DNA of 61,316 bases from Alphaproteobacteria bacterium (GTDB lineage Bacteria; Pseudomonadota; Alphaproteobacteria; GCA-2731375), in contig VGEV01000002.1 in assembly GCA_016869175.1 (NCBI GenBank), positions 1 to 61,316 on the forward strand, given 5' to 3'. Shown here piece by piece: positions 1 to 8,672 of the stretch; the stretch's first letter is position 1; each line of letters opens with the position of its first letter. The position numbers were made by a program, and so were the translations under genes. The notes beneath the pieces are model-generated. The model searched no databases and was not told where the DNA came from. It was given only the letters and a program-made list of their open reading frames with translations.

Positions 1-590
1 GCCGGCGGCGGCAGCCGCAGGCCGCTGCCCGCCAGCAGCAGGGCGGCGCACAGGCCGACCGCCAGGAACAGCGTGGCAAGGCCGAACCAGGCGCCCGACA
101 GGCCAAGCCAGGGCAGCACGGAGCCCAGCAGCAGCGCGAACAGGATGGAGCCGACGGCGAAGCCGCTGACGCCAAGCCCCGCCGCCAGCCCGCGCCGCTC
201 GGGCAGGGCGAGTGCCATCACTTGCAGCGTGATGCTGTAGGCAAGGCCGGCGCCGCCGCCGAACAGGCCGCCATAGCCCAGCGCCAGGGTCCACCAGGTG
301 CTGCTCAGCCCGGCCAGGGCGAGGCCGGCGGCGATGCCGGTGGCGACCGCGAGCAATAGGCCCGCCGGCGGCAACAGCCGGTAGAGGCGCGGCGAAAGCA
401 GCGTGCCGGCGGTAAACGCCAAGACGGCGATGGAGAAGATCAGGCTGACATCAGCGCGCGGCAGGGCCAGCCGCGTCTCCAACGGCGCGACGAACAGGCT
501 CCAGCAATAGAGCGAGCCCAGCATCGGATTGAACAGCAAGGCGGCGGCAATCGCGTAGCGCGGTCTGGCGTCGGCCCGATCGGCGGCCAT
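1..590 (-). CDS. MFS transporter (oxalate/formate-antiporter-like), N-terminal part; the gene runs off the left edge
   Basis: It is absent from the ORF track because it is truncated. A reverse-strand ATG at 588-590 opens an uninterrupted frame to position 1 (MAADRADARPRYAIAAALLFNPMLGSLYCWSLFVAPLE...GYGGLFGGGAGLAYS...). The product has successive Gly/Leu/Ala-rich TM helices typical of MFS. The start lies 1 nt after the stop of the upstream gene. Confidence 0.75.
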   Translation of the reverse strand, partial: MAADRADARPRYAIAAALLFNPMLGSLYCWSLFVAPLETRLALPRADVSLIFSIAVLAFTAGTLLSPRLYRLLPPAGLLLAVATGIAAGLALAGLSSTWWTLALGYGGLFGGGAGLAYSITLQVMALALPERRGLAAGLGVSGFAVGSILFALLLGSVLPWLGLSGAWFGLATLFLAVGLCAALLLAGSGLRLPPP

Positions 591-591
591 C

Positions 592-2889
592 TCAGCCCGC
601 GCGCTGCCAGCGCAGCACCCGGAAGACGTTGGAGAAGCTGTCGGTCCACGGCCCGACGTCGTCCCGCCGGGCGAGCGGCTTCCAGGCGCCGTCGGGGGCC
701 ACGCCATCGAGCGTTGCCTGTGCCCGTGTCAACGCCACCCAGGTGGCGGAGAACTTGTATTCCTCGGCCTGCTGGCGCGGGCTGGCGCTGAAATGCCGCA
801 TGCGCGCCTTCAGGCCGGCATCGTCGGCCAACGCCGCCAAGACCGGTTCCAGCCGCATGTACCAATTGGAAATGTGCACCGCCAGCACGCCGCCCGGCGC
901 CAGCTTGTCGAGATACAGCGCCAGGGCCTCGCGGGTCAGCAGATGCACCGGGATGGCATCCGAACTGAAGGCATCCAGCACGATCAGATCGAAGCGCGCG
1001 CTCGGTTCGGCACGCAGCGACAAGCGTGCATCGCCCAGCACCACGCGCGCCTGCGGCGCGCAGTCCGCAAGGAAGGTGAAGAACCGTTGGTCGCGGGCGA
1101 TCCGTTCCACCGCCGGGTCGATCTCGAAGAAGCTGAGCTGGTCCTCGGGCCGGCGATAGCAGGCGAGATTGCCGGCACCCAACCCGACCACGGCCATCTC
1201 CAGTTGCGGATTGCGCGCCCGCAGGGTCTCGAGGATCTGCGCGAACGGGCCCTCCCGCACATAGTATGTCAGTGGCTCGCGCCGCCTGGCCTCGTCGATA
1301 TGCTGCGCGCCATGGATGGTTGTGCCGTGCATCAGCACGCGAAACCGGCCGGTCGCGTCGTGCTGCACCTCGTGCACGCCGAAGAAGCTGCGCTCGCGAT
1401 AGCGGACGTAGCGGTCGATGTCAGCCGAGACCAGCCCGCCGAGCAGCAGGGTGGCGATCCCCAAAGCGAAGCGCAGCGGACGGTTGCGAAACGCGTAGAC
1501 CGCCACGGTGGCGGCGGCGAAGAAGCCGACCAAGACGGCAAGGCCGCCCGGCCCGCTCTCGCCCAGCTTGAAGCCGGGCACCAGGCTCGGCGCCAGCAAG
1601 ACGGCGGCCAACACGGCCGGCAAGGCCAGGTCGAGCAGGCGGTTGGGCCATGCGGTCCCGGCCTTGCCCGCTGGGCGCAGCCAGAGCGCCAGGACCAAGG
1701 CCAGCGGATATTCCCACACCCGCTCGAACAGCAGCGGCGCCGCCAACGCGGTCAGCGCGCCACCCAGCGCGCCGCCCAGCGACATCCAAAAATAGAACTC
1801 GGTGAGGTAGCGCGGGTGGGGCCGGCGGCGGGCCAGCTCGCCATGGCAGACCATGGCCAGCACGAAAAACGCCATCAGATGGATCAGCAGCACCAGCCAA
1901 AGCGACTTGATCTGCCAATAGAATACAATGGCGAGCGGCAGCACGGCGAAAGGCTGCAACAGCAGCATGGTGTCGCGGCCTAACAGCGGACGGCTGGAAA
2001 AGACGATGACGAAACTGGTCAGATAGAGCGCCAAGGGCAACACCCAAAGGAACGGTACGGCGGCGACGTCGGTGGTGATGTGCTGGGTTACGCCCAACAG
2101 CAGGCTGGACGGCACCGCGGCCAGCGCCAGCCAGTGCAGCCGCTGGCGCCAGCCGGGCGGCGGCTCCTCGGGCAACACCTCGCCGATCGCGCCCGGGGCC
2201 GACGGTCGGCGCAGCAAGGCCGACGCGATGGCGATCATGAGACCGAGCGCGATATAGAGCACGGTGAAGACGCTGCCCTGCCGGGGCAGCGACAACAGGG
2301 GCTCCAGCAGCACCGGGAAGCCCAGCAGGGCGAGCAGGCTGCCCAGGTTGCTGGCGGCATAGAGCGGGTAGGGATTGGCGGCCCGCGCATGGCCGGTCTC
2401 GGCGAACCAGCGCTGCAGCAGCGGCGCACTGGTCGACAGCACGAAGAACGGCGGCCCGGCCGTCACCGCCATCAGCGCCAGCAGGGTCAGGCTGGGCGCG
2501 ACATCGCCGGCCGGCCGGAAATCCGGCGAAATCGTCAGCGGCAAAGTCAGAATGCCGGCGACCAGCACCACCAGGTGCGCTCGCGACTGAGCCCGCGGGC
2601 CCAGCCAACGGACCGATAGGTGTGCATAGCTGTAGCCGGCGAGCAGGCAGACCTGGAAGAACACCATGGCCGTGTTCCACACCGCCGGTGCGCCGCCGAA
2701 ATACGGCAGCGCCAGCTTGCCGAACAGCGGTTGCAGCCAGAACAGCAGGAGAGCGCTGAGGAACAGCAGGACGGTATAGAAGGCGAGCAAGGGCGACCCC
2801 GGCGAAGCGGTTTCAGTCTGCCACGTCCGACCGCCGGCCGCAGCCGAGGCTTGCCAAGCGGCCGCCCAGAGGCTAGACGGCCGGCGCAT
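592..2889 (-). CDS. Polytopic membrane domain fused to a spermidine-synthase-like (SpeE-fold) domain
   Basis: This is ORF 592..2964. I set the start at the in-frame ATG at 2889 (MRRPSSLW...) because the longer form would overlap the ychF start. About 480 aa of TM helices precede a C-terminal Rossmann methyltransferase-like domain (VVGLGAGNLA, FFEIDPAV, LIVLDAFSSDAIPVHLLT). Confidence 0.8.
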   Translation of the reverse strand: MRRPSSLWAAAWQASAAAGGRTWQTETASPGSPLLAFYTVLLFLSALLLFWLQPLFGKLALPYFGGAPAVWNTAMVFFQVCLLAGYSYAHLSVRWLGPRAQSRAHLVVLVAGILTLPLTISPDFRPAGDVAPSLTLLALMAVTAGPPFFVLSTSAPLLQRWFAETGHARAANPYPLYAASNLGSLLALLGFPVLLEPLLSLPRQGSVFTVLYIALGLMIAIASALLRRPSAPGAIGEVLPEEPPPGWRQRLHWLALAAVPSSLLLGVTQHITTDVAAVPFLWVLPLALYLTSFVIVFSSRPLLGRDTMLLLQPFAVLPLAIVFYWQIKSLWLVLLIHLMAFFVLAMVCHGELARRRPHPRYLTEFYFWMSLGGALGGALTALAAPLLFERVWEYPLALVLALWLRPAGKAGTAWPNRLLDLALPAVLAAVLLAPSLVPGFKLGESGPGGLAVLVGFFAAATVAVYAFRNRPLRFALGIATLLLGGLVSADIDRYVRYRERSFFGVHEVQHDATGRFRVLMHGTTIHGAQHIDEARRREPLTYYVREGPFAQILETLRARNPQLEMAVVGLGAGNLACYRRPEDQLSFFEIDPAVERIARDQRFFTFLADCAPQARVVLGDARLSLRAEPSARFDLIVLDAFSSDAIPVHLLTREALALYLDKLAPGGVLAVHISNWYMRLEPVLAALADDAGLKARMRHFSASPRQQAEEYKFSATWVALTRAQATLDGVAPDGAWKPLARRDDVGPWTDSFSNVFRVLRWQRAG

Positions 2890-2905
2890 CCCGGAGCGGC
2901 GTTGC

Positions 2906-4006
2906 ATGGGTTTCAAGTGCGGCATCGTCGGCCTGCCGAATGTCGGTAAGTCGACGCTCTTCAATGCGCTGACGGCGACCGCGGCGGCGGCGGCGGAGAA
3001 CTATCCTTTCTGCACCATCGAGCCGAATACGGGTCAGGTGCCGGTGCCGGACGAGCGACTCCTTCGCCTGGCGGCGCTCGCCAAGTCGGCCAAGACCATC
3101 CCGACGGTGCAGACCTTCGTCGACATTGCCGGGCTGGTGCGCGGAGCGGCCAAGGGCGAGGGCCTGGGCAACCAGTTCCTGGCCCATATCCGCGAGGTCG
3201 ACGCCATCGTGCACGTCTTGCGCTGCTTCGAGGATGCCAACGTGGTGCACGTGGAAGGGCGGGTCGATCCGCTGGCCGACGCCGAGACGGTGGAGACCGA
3301 GCTGATGCTGGCCGATCTGGACAGCCTGGAGCGGCGCTTGCTGGGCTTGCAGAAATTGGCCCGCGGCGGCGACCGCGAGGCCAGGCAGGCGATCGAACTG
3401 GTCGAGGCGGCGGCCGCGGCCTTGCGGGAGGGCCGGCCGGCGCGCCAGGTGTCGTTGCCGGAGGAAAAGCTCAAGGCGTTCCGCGAGCTCCAGCTCCTGA
3501 CCGCCAAACCGATCCTCTATGTCTGCAACGTCGAGGAAACGGCGGTCGCCACGGGCAACGCGCAGTCGGCCGCCGTGCGCGCCCGCGCGGAACGCGAAGG
3601 CGCCGGCGCCATCGTCGTCTCGGCGCGCATCGAGGCCGAGGTCGCGATGCTGGAAACCGCGGCCGAGCGGGGCGAGTTCCTGGCCTCGCTGGGCCTCAGG
3701 GAAGCCGGCCTCGCCCGGCTGGCACCGGCCGGCCACGACCTGCTTGGGCTCATTACGTTCTTCACCGCCGGGCCGAAGGAGGCCCGTGCCTGGACCATTC
3801 CGCAGGGCACGCGGGCCGGAGCGGCGGCGGGTCGCATCCACAGCGATTTCGAGCGCGGCTTCATCGCCGCCGAGACCATCGCCTACGAGGACTACCTTCG
3901 CTTCGGCGGCGAACAAGGCGCCAAGGAGGCCGGCCGCATGCGGCAGGAGGGTCGCGACTACGAGGTGAAAGACGGCGACGTGCTGCTGTTCCGTTTCAAC
4001 GTCTAG
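2906..4006 (+). CDS. ychF: Ribosome-binding/redox-regulated ATPase YchF
   Basis: 366 aa. It has the G1 motif GIVGLPNVGKSTLFNALT and the C-terminal TGS-like end EGRDYEVKDGDVLLFRFNV characteristic of YchF/OLA1. Confidence 0.97.
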   Translation: MGFKCGIVGLPNVGKSTLFNALTATAAAAAENYPFCTIEPNTGQVPVPDERLLRLAALAKSAKTIPTVQTFVDIAGLVRGAAKGEGLGNQFLAHIREVDAIVHVLRCFEDANVVHVEGRVDPLADAETVETELMLADLDSLERRLLGLQKLARGGDREARQAIELVEAAAAALREGRPARQVSLPEEKLKAFRELQLLTAKPILYVCNVEETAVATGNAQSAAVRARAEREGAGAIVVSARIEAEVAMLETAAERGEFLASLGLREAGLARLAPAGHDLLGLITFFTAGPKEARAWTIPQGTRAGAAAGRIHSDFERGFIAAETIAYEDYLRFGGEQGAKEAGRMRQEGRDYEVKDGDVLLFRFNV

Positions 4007-4061
4007 TCGATCGGGCCTTATCGCAGGACTTCACGGCACTTCAATTCTTCAAATAAACGTC

Positions 4062-4198
4062 GAAGGGCAATTTCCGTGCAAATCGAACCGGCAAGTTCGG
4101 TTTTGCCGGAAGCCATTGCCCTGCAGCCATGACGGCGGCGCGGTGGGCTCCGGTCCGATGGCTCGCGGATCGCGATGCCATCGGATCGGACACCGCGC
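4062..4198 (+). repeat. Copy A of a ~135-nt structured intergenic repeat
   Basis: It aligns end to end with the reverse complements of 7175-7311 and 9687-9821 (shared core AGCCATTGCCCTGCAGCCATGAC). It contains two long imperfect hairpins and fills the gap between the convergent ychF and SDR genes. Confidence 0.8.
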
Positions 4199-4923
4199 TA
4201 GACCACCGCGGAATAGCCGCCATCGACGGTCAGCGTCGCACCGGTAACGAAACTCGCATGATCGGAGGCCAGGAACAGCACGGCGCTCGCCATTTCCTCC
4301 GCCCGGCCCCAGCGACCGAGCGGGGTCCGCGCGACGATGGCGGCGTCGAGCGCGGCATTCCGCTTGGTGACCTGGGTCAGCTTGGTCTCGACATAGCCGG
4401 GCGCGATGGCGTTGACCCGGATGCCGTCGGGACCCCAGGCGACCGCCAGCGAGCGGGTGAGTTGCAACAGCCCGGCCTTGCTGGCGCCATAGGCGGGGTT
4501 GCCCTTGTTGCCGAAGAAGGCGCTGAGCGAGGCGATGTTGACGACGTTGCCGCGGGTGAAGCGCAGCTTTTCGTAGCATTGGTTGGCGAGCAGCATCGGC
4601 CCGCCCAAGTTGACGTCCAGCACTCGGCGGAAGACCGGCATCTGGTACTCGCGACGCTTGTACTCCGCCGTGCCGGCGTTGTTGACCAGCACGTCCAGCC
4701 GCGGCAGGCCGGCGACCAGGGCCGCCGCCGCCGCTTCGTCGGCCAGGTCCAGTCGGTGAAAGCGCATGCCCGCGACGTCGCTTTCGTAGAACCCGGCCTC
4801 CTGCGTGCCGGTGACCACGACCGCCGCCCCGGCATCCCGGAAGGCCCGCGCGATGGCGTTGCCGATGCCGCTCGAGCCGCCGGTCACCAGCACTTGCCGG
4901 CCGCCGAAATCGAATGCCGCCAT
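4198..4923 (-). CDS. SDR family oxidoreductase
   Basis: 241 aa with the cofactor motif VTGGSSGIG, NNAG, and catalytic YGASK. Confidence 0.9.
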   Translation of the reverse strand: MAAFDFGGRQVLVTGGSSGIGNAIARAFRDAGAAVVVTGTQEAGFYESDVAGMRFHRLDLADEAAAAALVAGLPRLDVLVNNAGTAEYKRREYQMPVFRRVLDVNLGGPMLLANQCYEKLRFTRGNVVNIASLSAFFGNKGNPAYGASKAGLLQLTRSLAVAWGPDGIRVNAIAPGYVETKLTQVTKRNAALDAAIVARTPLGRWGRAEEMASAVLFLASDHASFVTGATLTVDGGYSAVV

Positions 4924-4991
4924 TTCCGCCTCCGCCGCGCTTCCAACCGTTGCTTGGTCTCACTAGGATGCCGCGCGCCACGGGGGGCCGC

Positions 4992-5444
4992 ATGAAGTAT
5001 TTCGAGGATTTTCGCCTGGGCGAGGTGTCGGTGCTGGGTCCGCTGGTGGTGGACGAGGCGGAGGTGCTGGAATACGGCCGCAAGTACGATCCGCAGCCGT
5101 TCCACACCGACAAGGCGGCCGCGGCGCAGAGCCATTTCGGCGGCCTGATCGCCAGCGGCTGGCATACGTGCGCCATGCAGATGCGGCTCATGGTGGAGGA
5201 GATGACGCGCGACCAGGTGGCGGGCATGGGCTCGCCGGGCCTTGAGTCCTGTCGCTGGCTCAAGCCGGTCAGGCTGGGCGACCGGCTGACCTGCCGTACC
5301 GAGGTTATCGATGCCCGGCCCTCGGCCTCGAAGCCCTACGGCATCCTGAAACGGCGGTTCGAACTCAGCAACCAGGATGGCGAGGTGGTGATGCGGCTGG
5401 TCGGGCTCGGCCTGGTGGCGAAGCGCCCCGAGGCAAGAGCATGA
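4992..5444 (+). CDS. MaoC-like (hot-dog fold) dehydratase
   Basis: Start set at the internal ATG at 4992 (MKYFEDFRLGE...). It carries the hydratase-2-like motif YDPQPFHTDKAAA...FGGLIASGWH. Confidence 0.85.
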   Translation: MKYFEDFRLGEVSVLGPLVVDEAEVLEYGRKYDPQPFHTDKAAAAQSHFGGLIASGWHTCAMQMRLMVEEMTRDQVAGMGSPGLESCRWLKPVRLGDRLTCRTEVIDARPSASKPYGILKRRFELSNQDGEVVMRLVGLGLVAKRPEARA

Positions 5445-5893
5445 GCGGCCCGCGCTATCTCGAGGACTTCGAGATCGGCGCCTGCGAGCGGTTCGGCTGC
5501 TATCCGGTCAGCGAGGACGAGGTGGTCGAGTTCGCCCGACGCTACGATCCGCAGCCCTTCCACGTCGATCGGGCGGCGGCGGAACGGAGCCATTTCGGCG
5601 GCCTGATCGTCAGCGGGTGGCATACGGCGGCGATGTATATCCGCATGATCAACGATCACGGCGCGACCCGCCACGCGCTGGCCGGGCTTGGCTTCGACGA
5701 CATGCGCTGGCCGCGGCCGACGCGGCCGGGCGACCTGTTGTCGGTCGAAAGCACGGTCAAGGCGACGAGCCCGCTGCAATCGCGCGCCGACCGCGGCATC
5801 GTCACCTTCGCCACGCGCATCCTCAATCAACGGCTGGAAGCGGTGATGACCTTCGACATGCTGGTGCTGTTTCCGCGCCGGCCGCGGGCTTGA
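5441..5893 (+). CDS. MaoC-like (hot-dog fold) dehydratase, tandem paralogue
   Basis: 150 aa with motif YDPQPFHVDRAAA...FGGLIVSGWH. An ATGA start/stop overlap joins it to the preceding paralogue. Confidence 0.85.
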   Translation: MSGPRYLEDFEIGACERFGCYPVSEDEVVEFARRYDPQPFHVDRAAAERSHFGGLIVSGWHTAAMYIRMINDHGATRHALAGLGFDDMRWPRPTRPGDLLSVESTVKATSPLQSRADRGIVTFATRILNQRLEAVMTFDMLVLFPRRPRA

Positions 5894-5901
5894 GGGCGGG
5901 C

Positions 5902-6480
5902 ATGCGCGGCGGTGGCAAGAATGTCAGACCGGCGCCGGAGGCGGTGGAGTTCCCGTCCTCGCTGACCAAGCTAGCGATCCTGTCGATCCCGAGTTTCCTG
6001 ATCGGCTTTTTCGCCGCCTACGACATGTCGCAGACGCAAGGCGCGCTGTCGCAGAGCCGTTTCGCGCAAGTTGCCGCGGTGGCGTTGGGATGCATCACCG
6101 GCGGGGTGTTGCTGCAGATGGGCCTCGACCGCAAGCCGGTGCTGCGCATCGACCAGGAAGGCATCTATTGCCGGCGGCCGAATACCGGGCTCATTCCCTG
6201 GTCGGCCGTGGCCGGCCTCGCGGTCGGGCGCGCGCTGCTGGTGCGCAGCGTGCTGATGGTGGCGATCGATCCAGCGAGCGACCCCAAGCTGCTGGAGCGA
6301 CTGCGGCGCTATACCACTGGCGGCATGCTGGGCATGATGGCCCCGCAGGTCAGGCGCTTTCGCGGCCAGTTGCAGAACCGGCCGGTGGTGCAGATCCCGA
6401 TCGCTTTCCTCGCCGCCTCGCCGCAGGAAATCCAGCGCCTCCTGGAGGAGCGGGTGCAGATGACGCCCGCGCGACGCTGA
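5902..6480 (+). CDS. Hypothetical membrane protein (two TM helices plus a PH-like C-terminal region)
   Basis: This is the in-frame ATG after the previous stop within ORF 5617..6480. TM segments are LAILSIPSFLIGFFAAY and VAAVALGCITGGVLLQM. I recognise no enzyme motif. Confidence 0.5.
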   Translation: MRGGGKNVRPAPEAVEFPSSLTKLAILSIPSFLIGFFAAYDMSQTQGALSQSRFAQVAAVALGCITGGVLLQMGLDRKPVLRIDQEGIYCRRPNTGLIPWSAVAGLAVGRALLVRSVLMVAIDPASDPKLLERLRRYTTGGMLGMMAPQVRRFRGQLQNRPVVQIPIAFLAASPQEIQRLLEERVQMTPARR

Positions 6481-6500
6481 CACAAGCAAGGAGCAAGACC

Positions 6501-7175
6501 ATGGGCCGCGACATCACAATTCAGGCGAGCGACGGACATCGCTTCGCCGCCTACCGGGCCGATCCAGCCGGCAAGCCGAAGGGCGGCATCGTCGTCGTGC
6601 AGGAGATATTCGGCGTCAACAAGCATATCCGCGAGCTGAGCGACGGTTTCGCCGCGGACAGCTATGCGGCGATCGCGCCGTCGCTCTACGATCGCTCGTC
6701 GCGCAAGGGCATCCAGCTTGGCTACACGCCGGACGACATCGCCATCGGCCGCAAGCTGCGCGAGGAGTTCACCTGGGAGCAGGCGATGCTGGACATGGCC
6801 GCCACCGTCGCGGCGCTTGCCGGCGATGGCTTGAAGGTCGCCACCGTCGGTTATTGCTGGGGCGGCTCGGTCTCCTATCTGGCCGGCTGCCGCCTGCCTG
6901 TGCAAGGCGCGGTCGTCTATTACGGTGGCCAGATCATGCCCTTCGTCAGGGAGAGCGAACGCTGTCCCCTGCTGATGCATTTCGGCGACCGCGACGCCAG
7001 CATTCCGCTGAGCGACGTCGAGGCCATCGGCAAGGCGCATCCCAAAGCCGTGGTGCATGTCTATGCCGCCGATCACGGCTTCAGCTGCGATCACCGCAAG
7101 CAGTATGACGCGGCCGCGGCCAAGCTGGCGCGCGAGCGCACGATGGCGTTCTTCGCCAAGCAGTTGGGCGCTTAG
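6501..7175 (+). CDS. Dienelactone hydrolase family protein
   Basis: An AAGGAG sequence lies 8 nt upstream of the ATG at 6501. The 224-aa product has VVVQEIFGVN, the nucleophile-elbow-like GYCWGG, and a C-terminal HGF motif. Confidence 0.85.
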   Translation: MGRDITIQASDGHRFAAYRADPAGKPKGGIVVVQEIFGVNKHIRELSDGFAADSYAAIAPSLYDRSSRKGIQLGYTPDDIAIGRKLREEFTWEQAMLDMAATVAALAGDGLKVATVGYCWGGSVSYLAGCRLPVQGAVVYYGGQIMPFVRESERCPLLMHFGDRDASIPLSDVEAIGKAHPKAVVHVYAADHGFSCDHRKQYDAAAAKLARERTMAFFAKQLGA

Positions 7176-7311
7176 CGCGGTGCCCGATCCGATGGCATCG
7201 CGATCAGCGATCCCTCGGATCGGCGCCGACCGCGCGGCAGTCATGGCTGCAAGGGCAATGGCTTCGGTTCAAACCGGACCCGCTGGTTCGATTTGAACGG
7301 AAGTCGCCCTA
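7175..7311 (-). repeat. Copy B of the ~135-nt structured intergenic repeat
   Basis: Its reverse complement aligns with copy A over the full length. It exactly spans the space between the TAG stops of two convergent genes. Confidence 0.8.
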
Positions 7312-8127
7312 GCCGCGAAACTCCAGCGCGACGCCGGTGGCGAACGCCGGGCCGACGCAAAGCGCGTTGCCGGCGCCACGGCGATAGGCAATGCCGGTCG
7401 CCTCGAGCTGGCGCTCAGCCATGTCAAGGTCGGCGACTTCCAGCGCCAACAGGCCGTTGGCGCCGCTGCCCATGGGCCCGGCCAGCGCCTCGGCCGTGCC
7501 GAAGCCGAGCCGGGCGTCGCCCGCGCTGACCCAAAGGATGCCGTCGCGCCATTGCGCCCCGCCGAACAACCGGCCGAGCGGCCGGGCCAGCCGCTCGGGA
7601 TCGGCGGTGACGATGGCAAGTTCGGCGATCCGTCGCGCCGTGTTGGGGTGGCCGAGCCAGGCCGGTCGACGCAGCAGGTCGGCCGTCAGGTGTCGGCAGA
7701 AGAACAGCCGAAAATCCGGCACGGTCTCGGCCGGCAGCTCGATGAGCGAGAAGCGCGGGTGGAGCGTTCCCTCGGGCGTTTCCAGGAGCCGGCCGAACGC
7801 CACGGGCGGTTGCGGCGAAAGCCCGGCCTCGGTCGCCCAGGCGAAGGCCGCCGCGTCGTCGCTGGGCGCCAGCGCGGCGCCGATCAGACCTTGGCCGCGC
7901 CGCTGCAACAGGCCCGACAGGCGCGAGGGCGGGCCCGCGCTATCCACGATGCCGACCAGTTCGAGATAATCCGCCGGCAACATCAGGCAGTGATTGCCGG
8001 TGCTGCGGCCTTGGTGGCGGCCCCGCGGCGTCGGACGGAAGCCCAGCCGCTGCCAATCGGCCCGCGCCGCTTCCAGGTCCGCCACGGCGATCAGCGCGTG
8101 GTCGAGCCCGCGCAGCGCGTCGGTCAC
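7309..8127 (-). CDS. VOC (glyoxalase/bleomycin-resistance/dioxygenase-like) family protein, two-domain
   Basis: 272 aa with the N-terminal LDHALIAVADLEAARADWQRLGF and a second repeat LAELAIVTADPE, typical of glyoxalase-like domain proteins. Confidence 0.7.
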   Translation of the reverse strand: MTDALRGLDHALIAVADLEAARADWQRLGFRPTPRGRHQGRSTGNHCLMLPADYLELVGIVDSAGPPSRLSGLLQRRGQGLIGAALAPSDDAAAFAWATEAGLSPQPPVAFGRLLETPEGTLHPRFSLIELPAETVPDFRLFFCRHLTADLLRRPAWLGHPNTARRIAELAIVTADPERLARPLGRLFGGAQWRDGILWVSAGDARLGFGTAEALAGPMGSGANGLLALEVADLDMAERQLEATGIAYRRGAGNALCVGPAFATGVALEFRG

Positions 8128-8130
8128 GGC

Positions 8131-8658
8131 CTAGTGGCCCTCGAAGCCGAACAGCGTGCGCACCGGCACGTCGAGCGCCCTGAGGCGCTGCGCACCCTTC
8201 AACTCGGGCAGTTCGATGACGAAGGCGCAGCCGATCACCCGCGCGCCCGCCTCGCGCAGCAGCCTGACGCCGGCGCAGGCCGTGCCGCCGGTCGCCAGCA
8301 GGTCGTCGACCAGCAGCACGCGGTCGCCCTTCTCCACGCTGTCGATGTGCACATGCACTTCGTCGCGGCCATATTCCAGCTCGTATTCGACGCTGAAGGT
8401 CTGCCAGGGCAGTTTGCCGCGCTTGCGGATCGGCACGAAGCCGACCGAGAGCTGGTGCGCCACCGCGCCGCCCAGGATGAAGCCGCGTGCCTCGATGCCG
8501 GCCACCCGGTTGATGCCGGTGCCGGCGAAGGGCTGGACCAGTTCGTCGACGGTCTTGCGGAAGCCGACCGGATGGCGCAGCAGCGTGGTGATGTCGCGGA
8601 ACATGATGCCGGGCTTCGGATAGTCCGGGATGGTACGCACGAGCGCCTTCAGGTCCAT
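8131..8658 (-). CDS. apt: Adenine phosphoribosyltransferase
   Basis: An internal ATG ([24 protein letters not shown]...) within the 489-aa read-through ORF. It has the PRPP loop [13 protein letters not shown]. Confidence 0.95.
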   Translation of the reverse strand: MDLKALVRTIPDYPKPGIMFRDITTLLRHPVGFRKTVDELVQPFAGTGINRVAGIEARGFILGGAVAHQLSVGFVPIRKRGKLPWQTFSVEYELEYGRDEVHVHIDSVEKGDRVLLVDDLLATGGTACAGVRLLREAGARVIGCAFVIELPELKGAQRLRALDVPVRTLFGFEGH

Positions 8659-8672
8659 TGGGGGAACTCCCT

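Noticed and set aside
4041-4223. Small ORFs inside the three repeat copies (also 7057-7296 and 9464-9850) sharing a peptide like AAVMAAGQWL
   Set aside because: Conservation follows the nucleotide alignment and the hairpin arms rather than a reading frame. Starts, lengths and ends differ between copies, and there is no consistent RBS. A coding role cannot be fully excluded without expression data.
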